Source: a virus
Strand: one strand, 5' to 3'
DNA length: 64,000 nucleotides
Virus record (IMG/VR): IMGVR_UViG_3300035211_000053
Location: 2,481-66,480 of that record
Shown: one piece after another, positions 7,776-16,926 of the stretch
Numbering within the stretch: position 1 is the first letter of the stretch
How the letters are laid out: every line of letters begins with the position of its first letter
Translations under genes and position numbers: made by a program
Notes under the pieces: model-generated
Told to the model about the DNA's origin: nothing
Databases searched by the model: none
Seen by the model: the letters and a program-made list of their open reading frames with translations, nothing else

Positions 7776-8146
7776 TCTACCGGCCCCAACCCGCATTCGC
7801 GGAAGCTGAATTCGAGCGAGAACTGTCGGTTGCTGTTGGGCAGCTCGCCCACTGCCTCGATGATCTTGTTGCCCAGTGCCAACGGCCCCGGCTCGTCGAG
7901 CACGGCATGCCCGGTCGCGGTTGGGATCTCCACGTCCCCCGCCTCGTCCGGCAGCCCGACGCATTGCACGGTCGGGCCAGGTCCGGGAAGGCGCGCTGCG
8001 GCGTGCGTCCAATCGCTGTCGATGACGGGCATTGGCCCCTTCGTTGTGCCGACCCACACGGCCCAGAAAGTCTGGTCGACGCCGGGCAGGTCGAGCGCCG
8101 CGCGCAAGATGGGAAGCTCTGCTTGGGTAGGTGTGATCTTGGGCAT
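7772..8146 (-). CDS. Hypothetical virion-associated protein
   Basis: Coupled 124-aa ORF in the fibre region. Confidence 0.65.
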   Translation of the reverse strand: MPKITPTQAELPILRAALDLPGVDQTFWAVWVGTTKGPMPVIDSDWTHAAARLPGPGPTVQCVGLPDEAGDVEIPTATGHAVLDEPGPLALGNKIIEAVGELPNSNRQFSLEFSFRECGLGPVE

Positions 8147-9636
8147 CAGGCCGTCTCCCCGTAAACGCCGGCCATCCGCTGCGCTGCTGCCTGTAGCTGC
8201 GCGTACGTGTATGTTCCGGCCAGAGCCAAAATGTCACCCCAGAACTCGTCTTGGGTTGTGCCTGGGAGGCCGTCCGAAAACGCGGTCATCGTTGCACTGG
8301 ACAAATCTGCATGCGTGATCGTGTCCTGCAGCACACCGCCGATGTAAAGCTTCCGGGTGCGCCCAGCGCCGCCAACCACGGCCCAAGACACGCCAGCGGC
8401 CACCGAGGCCGCAAGACCTGATCCGTACGTCTGAATGTCCTCCGTGCTACCATCATGGCGGCGCGACTTGAGCTCGGCGCCATCGATGTACAGCGGCACG
8501 TCTGCGATCGAGCCTGCGCCAGTCCACGCGCACGGGGCTGCATCGTCGCCGGTGCCGCCCCAGATCCCTGTAACAGCAAAGACAGGATCATCTCCAGAAG
8601 CCACGGCGACCAGGGTAGCGTCATCCGATGACGTAGTGCTTGCCCTGCCAGCTTCGCGGTACGCTACAGTGACTCCGCCCAACGTTTTAAACGACGCCTG
8701 GTACAGGCGTTGCGTTGCAGCGGTCCCGTTCGACAGGTTCGCGCCTGTGCCAGATTTGTCGGTCGCTGTCTGGAGGCGGATTTGGGCGAGGCCGCCCGTC
8801 GCGTCGTCTGGCAGCCAAATACGGAATGCCTCCCGCCCGTCTCCCTGGTAATTGTGTCCAAGATTACCGGTACAGGACCAGACGCGAACTCTTGACGACG
8901 CCGGAATAGCCCGGTATTCGATCGAAAAGCGTCGCCACGTACCCACAGTTTCCGCCAACGCGATCGTGATCCCTGCAGTCGTGCTGCCGATTGCTCCAGT
9001 GGTCAGATTCACATATCCGTAGCCGCTTCCGCTGTAGTCGATTCGTGCCCATTCACGCCCTTGCGGCTGCAGCCAGACCTCTTCGTCGACCCACGCATCA
9101 GCGGCATTCGAAAACGGGCCCTCAGCAAAATGATTCGACGGACTACCGTCAGTTGACTCGCTGACCGAATATGCTGTAGACCCGGATTCAGGATCTGACA
9201 GACTCTGTCCGATGGTCGTGTTGGTCTTGTTCCACGACGTGTAGACATTGCGTGGAACTGCTGCCGCCGTCGTCCCCACCGTCCCGAGCACATCATTCGC
9301 CGGAGCCCAGAGCGCGGCTTGCACGACCGTGCAGGCGAGGGTGCCGATCACGACGTCGTCGCTCGTGCGCCGGATCTGCAGCTCGGTAGCGCCAATGTCC
9401 GCTGTCACGGCCGTCACGTCAAGCGTGAAGGTCCCGCCACCAGCCGTGCCCGTGCCCCGACTCGCGCCACCGTCAAACGTCGCGTAGATGGCCCCGCTGC
9501 CTTCAGCCGTCCCGCTCACCTCATACGGCATGTTGATGATGATGATCGAGTCTGCGGCCGGATCTGAGATGGTGACGGAGGAGACGCCGCCAGCTGCTAT
9601 GATCTTCGCAATGCCAATACCAATGCCGATTCTCAT
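8146..9636 (-). CDS. Tail fibre / receptor-binding-like protein (Ig-like plus carbohydrate-binding/ConA-like domains)
   Basis: 496 aa, T/S/G/A-rich, N-terminal GIGIGI motif, Ig-like VTISDP..VSGTA segment, GxWRRFS and KLYIGG motifs. Confidence 0.65.
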   Translation of the reverse strand: MRIGIGIGIAKIIAAGGVSSVTISDPAADSIIIINMPYEVSGTAEGSGAIYATFDGGASRGTGTAGGGTFTLDVTAVTADIGATELQIRRTSDDVVIGTLACTVVQAALWAPANDVLGTVGTTAAAVPRNVYTSWNKTNTTIGQSLSDPESGSTAYSVSESTDGSPSNHFAEGPFSNAADAWVDEEVWLQPQGREWARIDYSGSGYGYVNLTTGAIGSTTAGITIALAETVGTWRRFSIEYRAIPASSRVRVWSCTGNLGHNYQGDGREAFRIWLPDDATGGLAQIRLQTATDKSGTGANLSNGTAATQRLYQASFKTLGGVTVAYREAGRASTTSSDDATLVAVASGDDPVFAVTGIWGGTGDDAAPCAWTGAGSIADVPLYIDGAELKSRRHDGSTEDIQTYGSGLAASVAAGVSWAVVGGAGRTRKLYIGGVLQDTITHADLSSATMTAFSDGLPGTTQDEFWGDILALAGTYTYAQLQAAAQRMAGVYGETA

Positions 9637-9637
9637 G

Positions 9638-10390
9638 TCAACTCCAACTCATCGCGCTAACCCACTTGTCGATCTCACGCTGCACTTCGAAGTCGCGGAA
9701 TAGCCCGGCGTATGCCGCATAGTAGGTGATCGTAGATGTTCCTGCCTGCTCATCGCCGTCGGGCAAGGCGAGAAAAGTGACACCACGCATGATCTCCGTG
9801 CCGGATGGCGGCGTCCCCGAGTCTGTATCGGTGCTGCCATCGGCGTAATGGATGTCAACATTGAAATTACTCGAGTCGTACCGCATCACGTAGATCCCCG
9901 CTTGGGTGCGGTCCGGTACGACGTTGGTGAAGATGTAGAAGTCCCCCCAGTACCAGTTGACGTAGTCGTAGTCCGGCTCGAGCGGCATCCAGAAGGCATG
10001 CTCCCACCCGTATGCGGCTCCAGTGACTACACGTTGCCTGACAGTTGTGCCGGCTCCAAGCCTTGCGATGACGATCTCGGTCGATGGTTGCGGGCATCGA
10101 AAGGCTTTAGTCGGGTCTGTCGACAGCAGAAACGCATCAGCGTTTCCGCCAACCGACGGACGCCCGCCGTAGTCAGAGTCAGAAGATGTGTAGTCCGGGT
10201 AGTAGGTTGCCGGGTATGTGACCCCTGAGAAGGGGACGACGCACACATCTGCCGCGCCACCCCCGGTCTTGGGTGTCCAGGTATCGACCGAACCGCCACC
10301 TCCGGTCGTGGCGATCTTGAAGGCTGCGTCGTACTCAATGATGAGGCGCTTTGGGTTCGGGATGAGTCCAGGACAGAGCGCGCGCGTCAT
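9638..10390 (-). CDS. ConA/LamG-like virion protein
   Basis: YDA...VDTW...GGRPSV...EIDKWVSAMSW layout typical of phage LamG-like domains. Confidence 0.55.
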   Translation of the reverse strand: MTRALCPGLIPNPKRLIIEYDAAFKIATTGGGGSVDTWTPKTGGGAADVCVVPFSGVTYPATYYPDYTSSDSDYGGRPSVGGNADAFLLSTDPTKAFRCPQPSTEIVIARLGAGTTVRQRVVTGAAYGWEHAFWMPLEPDYDYVNWYWGDFYIFTNVVPDRTQAGIYVMRYDSSNFNVDIHYADGSTDTDSGTPPSGTEIMRGVTFLALPDGDEQAGTSTITYYAAYAGLFRDFEVQREIDKWVSAMSWS

Positions 10391-11019
10391 GGATCCATGT
10401 CGTATTTAGGTTGGTGCCAAAGACGCGCTATCGCGTAGCAGTTGTTGGCAGTTGCTTTGGCCTGCACCAGCAGGTTGGTGCTAGAATCGCTCAACGCCAC
10501 GTCGGAATCACCAGGCAGCCCAGATGTATCGTCGAAATTGGTCTTCGATACCTCAATCCCAGAGCCATCGCCGTATACAGTTGCCTCTACCGTAGCCTGC
10601 CCGTACACAGAGGGCGTGCTCTGCTCCCACAGCGTGACCTCGACGCCGACCCGAACGATCTCATGTTGCGCGAGCCCAGTGGCATATGTGAGAATGGTGG
10701 TGAGCGAACCCCCGCCAGTCAGCGCTGTTTTGCTGCCAACGTCCGTGTAGAAGTTGTCGAGGTTATACGCCCCAAGGTCGAGGTTGCCCTGCATGGGGTC
10801 GTTACTGGTGTTGAGCTTGAGGAATTCGTTGGTGCCGATGTGCCCGAGGATCGCCGTGGCTAACTGAGTCGCGTGGAGTGCTGTCGTAGGGGCCATGGCG
10901 CGTCGGTATCCTGCCGGTACCTCGCTCATCCATTGGGTGTGGATCGCGTAAGCCAGCCCTGTCCCCGTTGCCGTCCCATCAGCGGCCACCGTCACCGAGC
11001 CAACGACGTAGTCAGCCAA
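10387..11019 (-). CDS. Putative tail fibre-associated protein
   Basis: DPMQGNLDLG fibre-shaft motif followed by a beta-rich domain. Confidence 0.6.
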   Translation of the reverse strand: MADYVVGSVTVAADGTATGTGLAYAIHTQWMSEVPAGYRRAMAPTTALHATQLATAILGHIGTNEFLKLNTSNDPMQGNLDLGAYNLDNFYTDVGSKTALTGGGSLTTILTYATGLAQHEIVRVGVEVTLWEQSTPSVYGQATVEATVYGDGSGIEVSKTNFDDTSGLPGDSDVALSDSSTNLLVQAKATANNCYAIARLWHQPKYDMDP

Positions 11020-12115
11020 CCGTCAAACCTCCCGAGTGAGCCAAGATCACCGAGCCCGAGTTGGCAGTCGCGGGCGCGGTTGGTGACGCTGCCTGAATGG
11101 CTTCCAGAAATCGGTAGTAGACCTGGAGCAACACCGGCAATGCAGTCGCCGAGTTGGTGTTATCAGCTGAGTCGTGATAGGTGGTGTCGACACGGTGCGC
11201 CTCATAGGCTCGCCACAGGTCGGCTAGCATCATGCACTGGCTGAGTGGCTCCTGCTCGTTGGCGCCGGCAACTATGAGGGCGTGTGCCTGGTCAGCTCGA
11301 GCCGCCGCGCCCGGGGCGTGAAAGTCGATAGTACCGATTCCGGCACCGTCCTCGTCGTTGGTCATGTGGCGTGTCAGCTGCAGGCGCAACTCATTCGCCG
11401 ACTTCGCCACGCCAGCTGGACTCCCCGGGACTCTGAAACTGCTCGACACCGTGTTTAGCGTGTCGGCCTCAGCATGAAACGTGCCGCTGGCGCGGTGCGC
11501 CTCGTATTGCACGATCAGGTCATCAATGATGCTGCTCGGAGTCCCGAGCGCCGTGGCCGCCGCCACGCCACCAAGCGCCGCCAGGGCCGCAACGACGGTT
11601 GTGCTCGCAGCCGCCGTCTTCGCCCGGTCGGTGGCCGGATTCGTGAGCGCTGGCGTTACCTCGCCGTGGGTCCCGACGAGCGTCGGCCGAATAGTCGTCC
11701 CATGCACGTAGAATTCGAGGGTCGCTACGTCTGGTGCCACTCCAATCTCAGCCGTCACCTTGTCCGCTACCGTGATACTGGAGGCTGTCGTGCTGAGCAG
11801 CGTCTCAGACTGGTACCGGTCAGGATCGTCGCGGTACCCACCGCCGTGGGTCGTCTCGCCGACGGTGTACTCCTCGAGTGACAGCACGTAGACGCCGCCA
11901 ACGCCAGGGCGAAACGTCCAGGTGTCTGCTACTGGACCAGCCCACAGCCTTAGCCGCGTGTCGTCAGTCGCGTCGAGCTTCGCCTGAGTCTCCGATCCTG
12001 TAGGTGCCGCGGTCGCGTACACCCGGACCATGTTGCCCGTCGTCGCGGAAAACGTGACCAGGCACGGCCTCCCTGGGATCGGATAGGTGGGTTTGGTGGT
12101 GATGGTTACCGACAC
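11012..12115 (-). CDS. Structural protein with PKD/Ig-like N-terminus and repeated His motif
   Basis: TFRPGVGGVYVLSL; YEAHR-x5-H-x2-AD-x2-N occurs twice. Confidence 0.65.
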   Translation of the reverse strand: MSVTITTKPTYPIPGRPCLVTFSATTGNMVRVYATAAPTGSETQAKLDATDDTRLRLWAGPVADTWTFRPGVGGVYVLSLEEYTVGETTHGGGYRDDPDRYQSETLLSTTASSITVADKVTAEIGVAPDVATLEFYVHGTTIRPTLVGTHGEVTPALTNPATDRAKTAAASTTVVAALAALGGVAAATALGTPSSIIDDLIVQYEAHRASGTFHAEADTLNTVSSSFRVPGSPAGVAKSANELRLQLTRHMTNDEDGAGIGTIDFHAPGAAARADQAHALIVAGANEQEPLSQCMMLADLWRAYEAHRVDTTYHDSADNTNSATALPVLLQVYYRFLEAIQAASPTAPATANSGSVILAHSGGLTVG

Positions 12116-12127
12116 ATGTATCCCAGT

Positions 12128-12880
12128 CTAGCAGTAGACCATGTATGTCAGGTTAAATGCGACCTGAATCCTATAGACGCGGAATCCGGCCTGTGAGTTG
12201 GTTGACCCCTCGTTGGTCAGCATCGCGATCAGGTTGCCTGAGCCATTTACTACCAATTCGCTTTGGCCTGACAATGTGATCAGGTGGCCGGTTTCGAACG
12301 CGGTGTAGTCCGCCGACGTATCCGTCTGATTATCCACCAGAGTCACCGCGCCATATGCGGCAACCCGATAGAGCCGAAGATCCGGCATGCTACCAGGCAG
12401 CGCAGAATGCGAACCAGGGTCTCCCTGGACTTCGGCGACAACGCTAGTTACAGTCGCCAACTGCGGGATGCTTGCCATCCCGACTTGAACCGCCCCATTG
12501 CCGGCCGCAATCGCCGACTTGTACGACAAGGTACCATTGTTGAAATCCTGCCAGTCGCAGGCGCCGTCACCATCGGCATCGATCCCCTGAATGTCTGGAG
12601 CTTGAAAGTTGACGAACGTCGCCCTGGTCGTGATCGTGATCTCGGCACCAGTTGCGCACGCGACCACGCTGCCGCTTTCTAGGGTGATCGTCTTCCCGTT
12701 CTTGACGTTTCCGTAGAACCCGCCGGTGCCAAGCAACCCGATGGCCGTCGACGGAGTGAAGTCACCGCCAGCGTAGCCGTCCACGGCCCGAGATAGGTTA
12801 AGGTCAATGTTGGTTGCGTGAGCTGACGGCAACTGTGACCCGAATGAGTACCCAGCCGGTTGTTGCCTTGAAAAGGTCAT
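12128..12880 (-). CDS. Tail fibre-base protein
   Basis: Start MTFSRQ at 12880 after AGGAG; position directly after the baseplate wedge genes. Confidence 0.65.
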   Translation of the reverse strand: MTFSRQQPAGYSFGSQLPSAHATNIDLNLSRAVDGYAGGDFTPSTAIGLLGTGGFYGNVKNGKTITLESGSVVACATGAEITITTRATFVNFQAPDIQGIDADGDGACDWQDFNNGTLSYKSAIAAGNGAVQVGMASIPQLATVTSVVAEVQGDPGSHSALPGSMPDLRLYRVAAYGAVTLVDNQTDTSADYTAFETGHLITLSGQSELVVNGSGNLIAMLTNEGSTNSQAGFRVYRIQVAFNLTYMVYC

Positions 12881-12888
12881 CTGAACTC

Positions 12889-14046
12889 CTAGAACGTGTC
12901 GTAGTCCATTCTCGAAATGTCTAGCAGGAATCCCGGCGATGTGTCGGTATCCCAGCCAAATGTCGCGTGGGCTGGAAGAGCCATGTCCATCAGGCGAAAG
13001 TACTTGACGTCCATCAGTTGCAGAAATTGCGTAGTGCTGAGTCCAGGAGGCCAGGACACCTCGACCCAGACGTGGCAGCGCCCGCTGGACCATTGGTACC
13101 CGCATAGCGAGTAGGACGGATCACCCGGGTCCCCGTTTGGCCAGAACGTGTTAGCTGGAGGGTCGTCGAGGTCGTTGGTGTTGTTGCGGTGCACAGCGAC
13201 CAGGGAGTCGCCGAAGAGCTCGCCAACGGCCGCGTCAATGGCGTCAGGCGTGCAGCCCGTAAGCAGCTTCATCCTGACCGAGCAGTCGCGGCGGACCTCC
13301 CAATCTGGTGTCGACGGTCCAGTTTGTACCCGGAAGCATTGCGCCCAGGTCGGCAGCAGGTCGCTCGATGTGGCAGGCACGCAGTTGTTCGTGAAGCGCT
13401 CGATTGCCCTCTGGAGCCCCGCGCCGTAGAGCCTCGCAAGTGCCAGTTTCTGGCAGTGGACAAGGCCCGTGCGGTTCTTCGTAAACGCGCTTCCCAGCAT
13501 GTCCTCAAATTCAAGGTACCAACTCCAGGCGTAGGGCGTGGTCTCGTCCTCGGTGTCGATTTTGTCGAGATCTCCGCCGTAGTCCTCTATCTGGTAGTCG
13601 TCGCCAACTGTGCCGTAGATCCGCAGCGTCATCTTGATGTTGGTGGCCACGCCAGGGATCGTCGTGGTCGTCACCGTGATGACGTTGTTACCGCTGAATT
13701 CCTCAAGAATCACGTAAGGAGTAGACCCGTCTGCCGTTGCGCGCGCGCCAGTGATTGAGATGCGCCGCGCTACCCCGTGCGGGTCCTCGAAGTAGGCCGG
13801 GAAGGTGATCGTGCTGATCCCGGTCCCGCCACTGGCCACGGTTGGCGCGTCGGCTGTGTCGCAGCTATTCCAGCCGTGGTAAGCGTGGATCGCCCCGCCC
13901 TGCGTGAATGTGATGTTGGCAATCGGCACGGTGCGCCGTACCGCAACCAGATCTGCTACCAGACGCAGGTATTGGGCAGCCGAGACGCCAACCTCTGAGC
14001 CATTCCCGGTTAGGCGCAGCGGCAGGGGGGCGAGCGCGCCAAACAC
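12889..14046 (-). CDS. Baseplate wedge protein (Mu gp48/YmfQ-like C-half) with extra N-terminal domain
   Basis: PATSSDLLPTWAQCF...EVRR and ALPAHATF motifs; follows the J-like gene. Confidence 0.7.
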   Translation of the reverse strand: MFGALAPLPLRLTGNGSEVGVSAAQYLRLVADLVAVRRTVPIANITFTQGGAIHAYHGWNSCDTADAPTVASGGTGISTITFPAYFEDPHGVARRISITGARATADGSTPYVILEEFSGNNVITVTTTTIPGVATNIKMTLRIYGTVGDDYQIEDYGGDLDKIDTEDETTPYAWSWYLEFEDMLGSAFTKNRTGLVHCQKLALARLYGAGLQRAIERFTNNCVPATSSDLLPTWAQCFRVQTGPSTPDWEVRRDCSVRMKLLTGCTPDAIDAAVGELFGDSLVAVHRNNTNDLDDPPANTFWPNGDPGDPSYSLCGYQWSSGRCHVWVEVSWPPGLSTTQFLQLMDVKYFRLMDMALPAHATFGWDTDTSPGFLLDISRMDYDTF

Positions 14047-14047
14047 G

Positions 14048-14590
14048 TCAGGAGACCTCGACCGTGAATTCTGCGTCAGCTACGGCAGCCCCGGTGTCAT
14101 CGAAGGCGGCCAGCGTAACCACGCTACCAGCGACTGATTTTGTCACGTAGGCCACGCTGGTATCGGCACCGTCTGCCGAAACGTGCTCGATCGTCAGAGC
14201 TTGCGAGACGCCATACGCGTCGCTGTAGCTCGCATCAAACGTCAGCGTGATGGACCCGTCACCAACCCGCGCGCCTGCTGGGAATCCAGTCGGGGCAGCG
14301 TCACCCTCGTAGCTTGTCGACCGCACGCCGCTCATCAGTCGGCACCACTGGATGGTCGGTGCTGCTGGACTCGAGTCATTGCACGTCACGTATAGCTTCG
14401 CGAAGTCTGCAACTCGCACAACGCCTGTCAGGTCCTCGACCAGCCGCGAGAATTGCTCGGCTGTGACGTCGGTGCGTGGGTTGATGGCCCCCTGCGACTG
14501 GTAGTTGGCCTTGTTGACGTCGCCGCCGTAGTCGTCAAACGTAACCGTCCTGGCCCATGCGGGGCTGCCTGTCGGGGTGACTTCTGCCAT
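14048..14590 (-). CDS. Baseplate/fibre-associated protein
   Basis: 180 aa; resembles the N-terminal domain of 12889..14046. Confidence 0.7.
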   Translation of the reverse strand: MAEVTPTGSPAWARTVTFDDYGGDVNKANYQSQGAINPRTDVTAEQFSRLVEDLTGVVRVADFAKLYVTCNDSSPAAPTIQWCRLMSGVRSTSYEGDAAPTGFPAGARVGDGSITLTFDASYSDAYGVSQALTIEHVSADGADTSVAYVTKSVAGSVVTLAAFDDTGAAVADAEFTVEVS

Positions 14591-14592
14591 GG

Positions 14593-16107
14593 CTAGATCT
14601 CGTAGATCCCGAAATGATTCGGGACGAAGATGTTGGGCGCCGTGTTGATCGAGCCCGGGACCGTGGGCGCTGTTGCGCTGCGGTATGCATACTGGATGTC
14701 CGTGATCTCCACGTTTTTGGCCTGAAAGTCCAACAGCTCAGCTGTCGTCACACCAGACCGCGGACCGTCTGCGATGAATGGCCGACGGCTGTCGCGCGGA
14801 GCGATGCCAGATCCGCTGATGTTCTCTCCAGTCCCCAGCGTCTCCATGACCTCAGTCCAGGCCTTAGCGTAGCCCTCGGCGTTTTCCATTCCTGGGCTGA
14901 CGTAATCGCCGACCGCAGGCTCGTTACCTGCCGCGTCAACCAGCGGTGCCTCAAGCGTCAGGACCCACGCTGTCGTTGCCCCACTGTGCGATATCACCAA
15001 CTGGCGCACGAATGAGCACGTGGCCGGAGACCACCACTCGATGTGCGTCTGGCCGTCGATTGGTTCTGTTGTGGTCGCAGCACCGACCGTGATACTCGGC
15101 GTCGAGCTGGACACTGCTGTGATAGCTACCTTGGTGTCGCCGCCCTCAAGTGGGGGCCACGGCTCGACGTCGATCCAGCCGTTGCCATTGCCGCCGGCCA
15201 GCTTGGATGCTGGAATTGTGACTTGGATCGCTACGTTGAGCTCTTCGTCCGCAGCAGCCTGAATGACGTACTGAGCCGCGTCGTTGCTATAGCTTTGGAT
15301 CGCATCCCTCACGATTGCCACCGCCGTGTCACTCATTGCTCGACTGAAACTGTTCAGGTCACGGTAGAATCCGCGCACAGGCACAATCTTCGTGCTTCCA
15401 GGACCACCAAGCGCAGGATATACGAAGCACTTCTGCACACTTGCCAGGGCATTGAGTGCCAACAGGATCAGCCCACCCCAATTGCCCGACGTGTCCGCCG
15501 CGTTGGCCATGCGGGTGAGGATCCGCTCCAGCTTTCGCGACGGTGTCTCGGCGTCCTCACCGCCTATCAGTGGCAACTCGTAGCTGACGATCGCCTCCGG
15601 GTCGACGTTGGTGGGCGCGCTCGCAAACCTGACCTTCGTCCCTCCGATAGCGTTGACATCCTCGCCCTTGTCGAGTGAGACCACCGGGATTTCGTCCCCA
15701 TCACCGACACCGAGCGAATCCCCATCAGCTGCGATCCTGCGTCCGTTTGGCAGCACCATGACGGTTCCGTCGGTCACGTCCCCGGAACCTGTCACGGTCA
15801 GACGTACAGCTCCCGTCGATACGCTGGGCTCAACCTCTGGTAGGCCCAAAGCAATCCGCCAGCGCTCCAGGTCATCTCCCGCAGCATACAGCGGCGTGAT
15901 GCTTGTCGACGCCGCTGCAATCTGCGAGTATTGCACCATGGACGCATTGGCCACGGCAGTCATCCAAATGTGAGTGTCGGTCCCTGGGGTAATGGCGAGC
16001 GTGGTCCCGAGCTGATACATGGCAAGACGGATATCGCTCAGCAGATCGTTCAAGATCACAGCTGCCGAATCCGGGACCCACAGCTTGCCGATGACTGGGT
16101 CGGTCAT
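14593..16107 (-). CDS. Baseplate J-like protein
   Basis: AAGDDLERW, GGEDAET, GNWG, VYPALGGPGS motifs of the gpJ/Mu gp47 family. Confidence 0.88.
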   Translation of the reverse strand: MTDPVIGKLWVPDSAAVILNDLLSDIRLAMYQLGTTLAITPGTDTHIWMTAVANASMVQYSQIAAASTSITPLYAAGDDLERWRIALGLPEVEPSVSTGAVRLTVTGSGDVTDGTVMVLPNGRRIAADGDSLGVGDGDEIPVVSLDKGEDVNAIGGTKVRFASAPTNVDPEAIVSYELPLIGGEDAETPSRKLERILTRMANAADTSGNWGGLILLALNALASVQKCFVYPALGGPGSTKIVPVRGFYRDLNSFSRAMSDTAVAIVRDAIQSYSNDAAQYVIQAAADEELNVAIQVTIPASKLAGGNGNGWIDVEPWPPLEGGDTKVAITAVSSSTPSITVGAATTTEPIDGQTHIEWWSPATCSFVRQLVISHSGATTAWVLTLEAPLVDAAGNEPAVGDYVSPGMENAEGYAKAWTEVMETLGTGENISGSGIAPRDSRRPFIADGPRSGVTTAELLDFQAKNVEITDIQYAYRSATAPTVPGSINTAPNIFVPNHFGIYEI

Positions 16108-16541
16108 ACGTTCACCTTGTCGTTTTCTTCGGTCGCCGTGTCGGTATAGTCCACCGTGATTTTCGACCTTCCAATCGGATCGCCGTGCTCTACCAGGATC
16201 TCGTTCACGATGATTGAGCCGTCCGAGATGAGGTCCGCCAACGCAGCCCTGACAGCCTGCTTGACCTCGATCTCGTAGGCTTGGCTAATCTTCCCTGGCA
16301 GCTTGACTCCAAGCCTCGGCAGCACTGTCGAGGACCCGCGCAGCGTCCCCAGTGTCAGCCATACACGCTGCCTGGTCGTGGGCATGCGTTCGATCTCGCC
16401 ATCGTCACCGATGATGTAGTCCCCGGTCAGATAGTCCAAGTACCGCGCATTCTCCGGAGCGTCCGGCGCCTCGTCTGTGTCGACGGGTGCGCTGTAGCCG
16501 CTCGGGTAGAATCCGGCAGGTTGCAGGGAAACTAGTGCCAT
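16104..16541 (-). CDS. Baseplate wedge / sheath initiator (gpW/gp25/Mu gp46-like)
   Basis: QRVWLTLGTLRGS...LG...VRAALADLI pattern; directly upstream of J. Confidence 0.75.
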   Translation of the reverse strand: MALVSLQPAGFYPSGYSAPVDTDEAPDAPENARYLDYLTGDYIIGDDGEIERMPTTRQRVWLTLGTLRGSSTVLPRLGVKLPGKISQAYEIEVKQAVRAALADLISDGSIIVNEILVEHGDPIGRSKITVDYTDTATEENDKVNV

Positions 16542-16553
16542 GACAGTAGGTAG

Positions 16554-16598
16554 GTCGAGACCCCGGGAGGGGAGGGAGGCGCCACTCCCGGGGCTCGA
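16554..16598. other. Intergenic GC-rich hairpin
   Basis: TCGAG..CCCCGGGAG / CTCCCGGGG..CTCGA inverted repeat; no U tract. Confidence 0.45.
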
Positions 16599-16605
16599 AG
16601 TGTGT

Positions 16606-16926
16606 TCAGCGACGATCGAGTGGGCAGGGAATGGTCAAGAAAGGAAGCTCGGGTAGGGACGGGAGCGACAACGATGGGATCGGCAGCGCCAACTCAGGCA
16701 ACTGCAACTTGAGTGGAAAGCCAGGGATCGATACATCAAACGTCGGGAGTTTTGGGATCTCGGGGACAGCGAGACTGGGGATCAGCAATGTCAAATCCGG
16801 CAACCGCAACTTGAGCGGGAAGCCTGGGATCGATACCTCAAACGTCGGGAGTTTTGGGATCTCGGGGACAGCCAGGCTCGGAATCGGCAGAGTCAGATCT
16901 GGAAGCTTGAAACTGCAGTTGCTCAT
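16606..16926 (-). CDS. Pro/Leu-rich repeat protein after the spike
   Basis: Start MSNCSF at 16926 (TGATG); 34-aa unit LPDLTLPIPSLAVPEIPKLPTFEVSIPGFPLKL repeated about 2.8 times. Confidence 0.7.
   Translation of the reverse strand: MSNCSFKLPDLTLPIPSLAVPEIPKLPTFEVSIPGFPLKLRLPDLTLLIPSLAVPEIPKLPTFDVSIPGFPLKLQLPELALPIPSLSLPSLPELPFLTIPCPLDRR
16620..16910. repeat. 102-bp-period tandem repeat
   Basis: TCAAACGTCGGGAGTTTTGGGATCTCGGGGACAGC occurs twice 102 nt apart (~16736 and ~16838); degenerate third copy. Confidence 0.85.

Noticed and set aside
4805-13105. Long N-terminal extensions in the ORF track (4805..5866, 7221..8237, 12128..13105; likewise 30532..31053, 52474..54237, 57790..58539)
   Set aside because: Extensions overlap upstream genes; internal starts with RBS or stop-start coupling fit better
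16620-16910. Possible CRISPR array or DGR template/variable repeat pair
   Set aside because: In-frame coding tandem repeat without unique spacers; no reverse transcriptase or cas genes in the window
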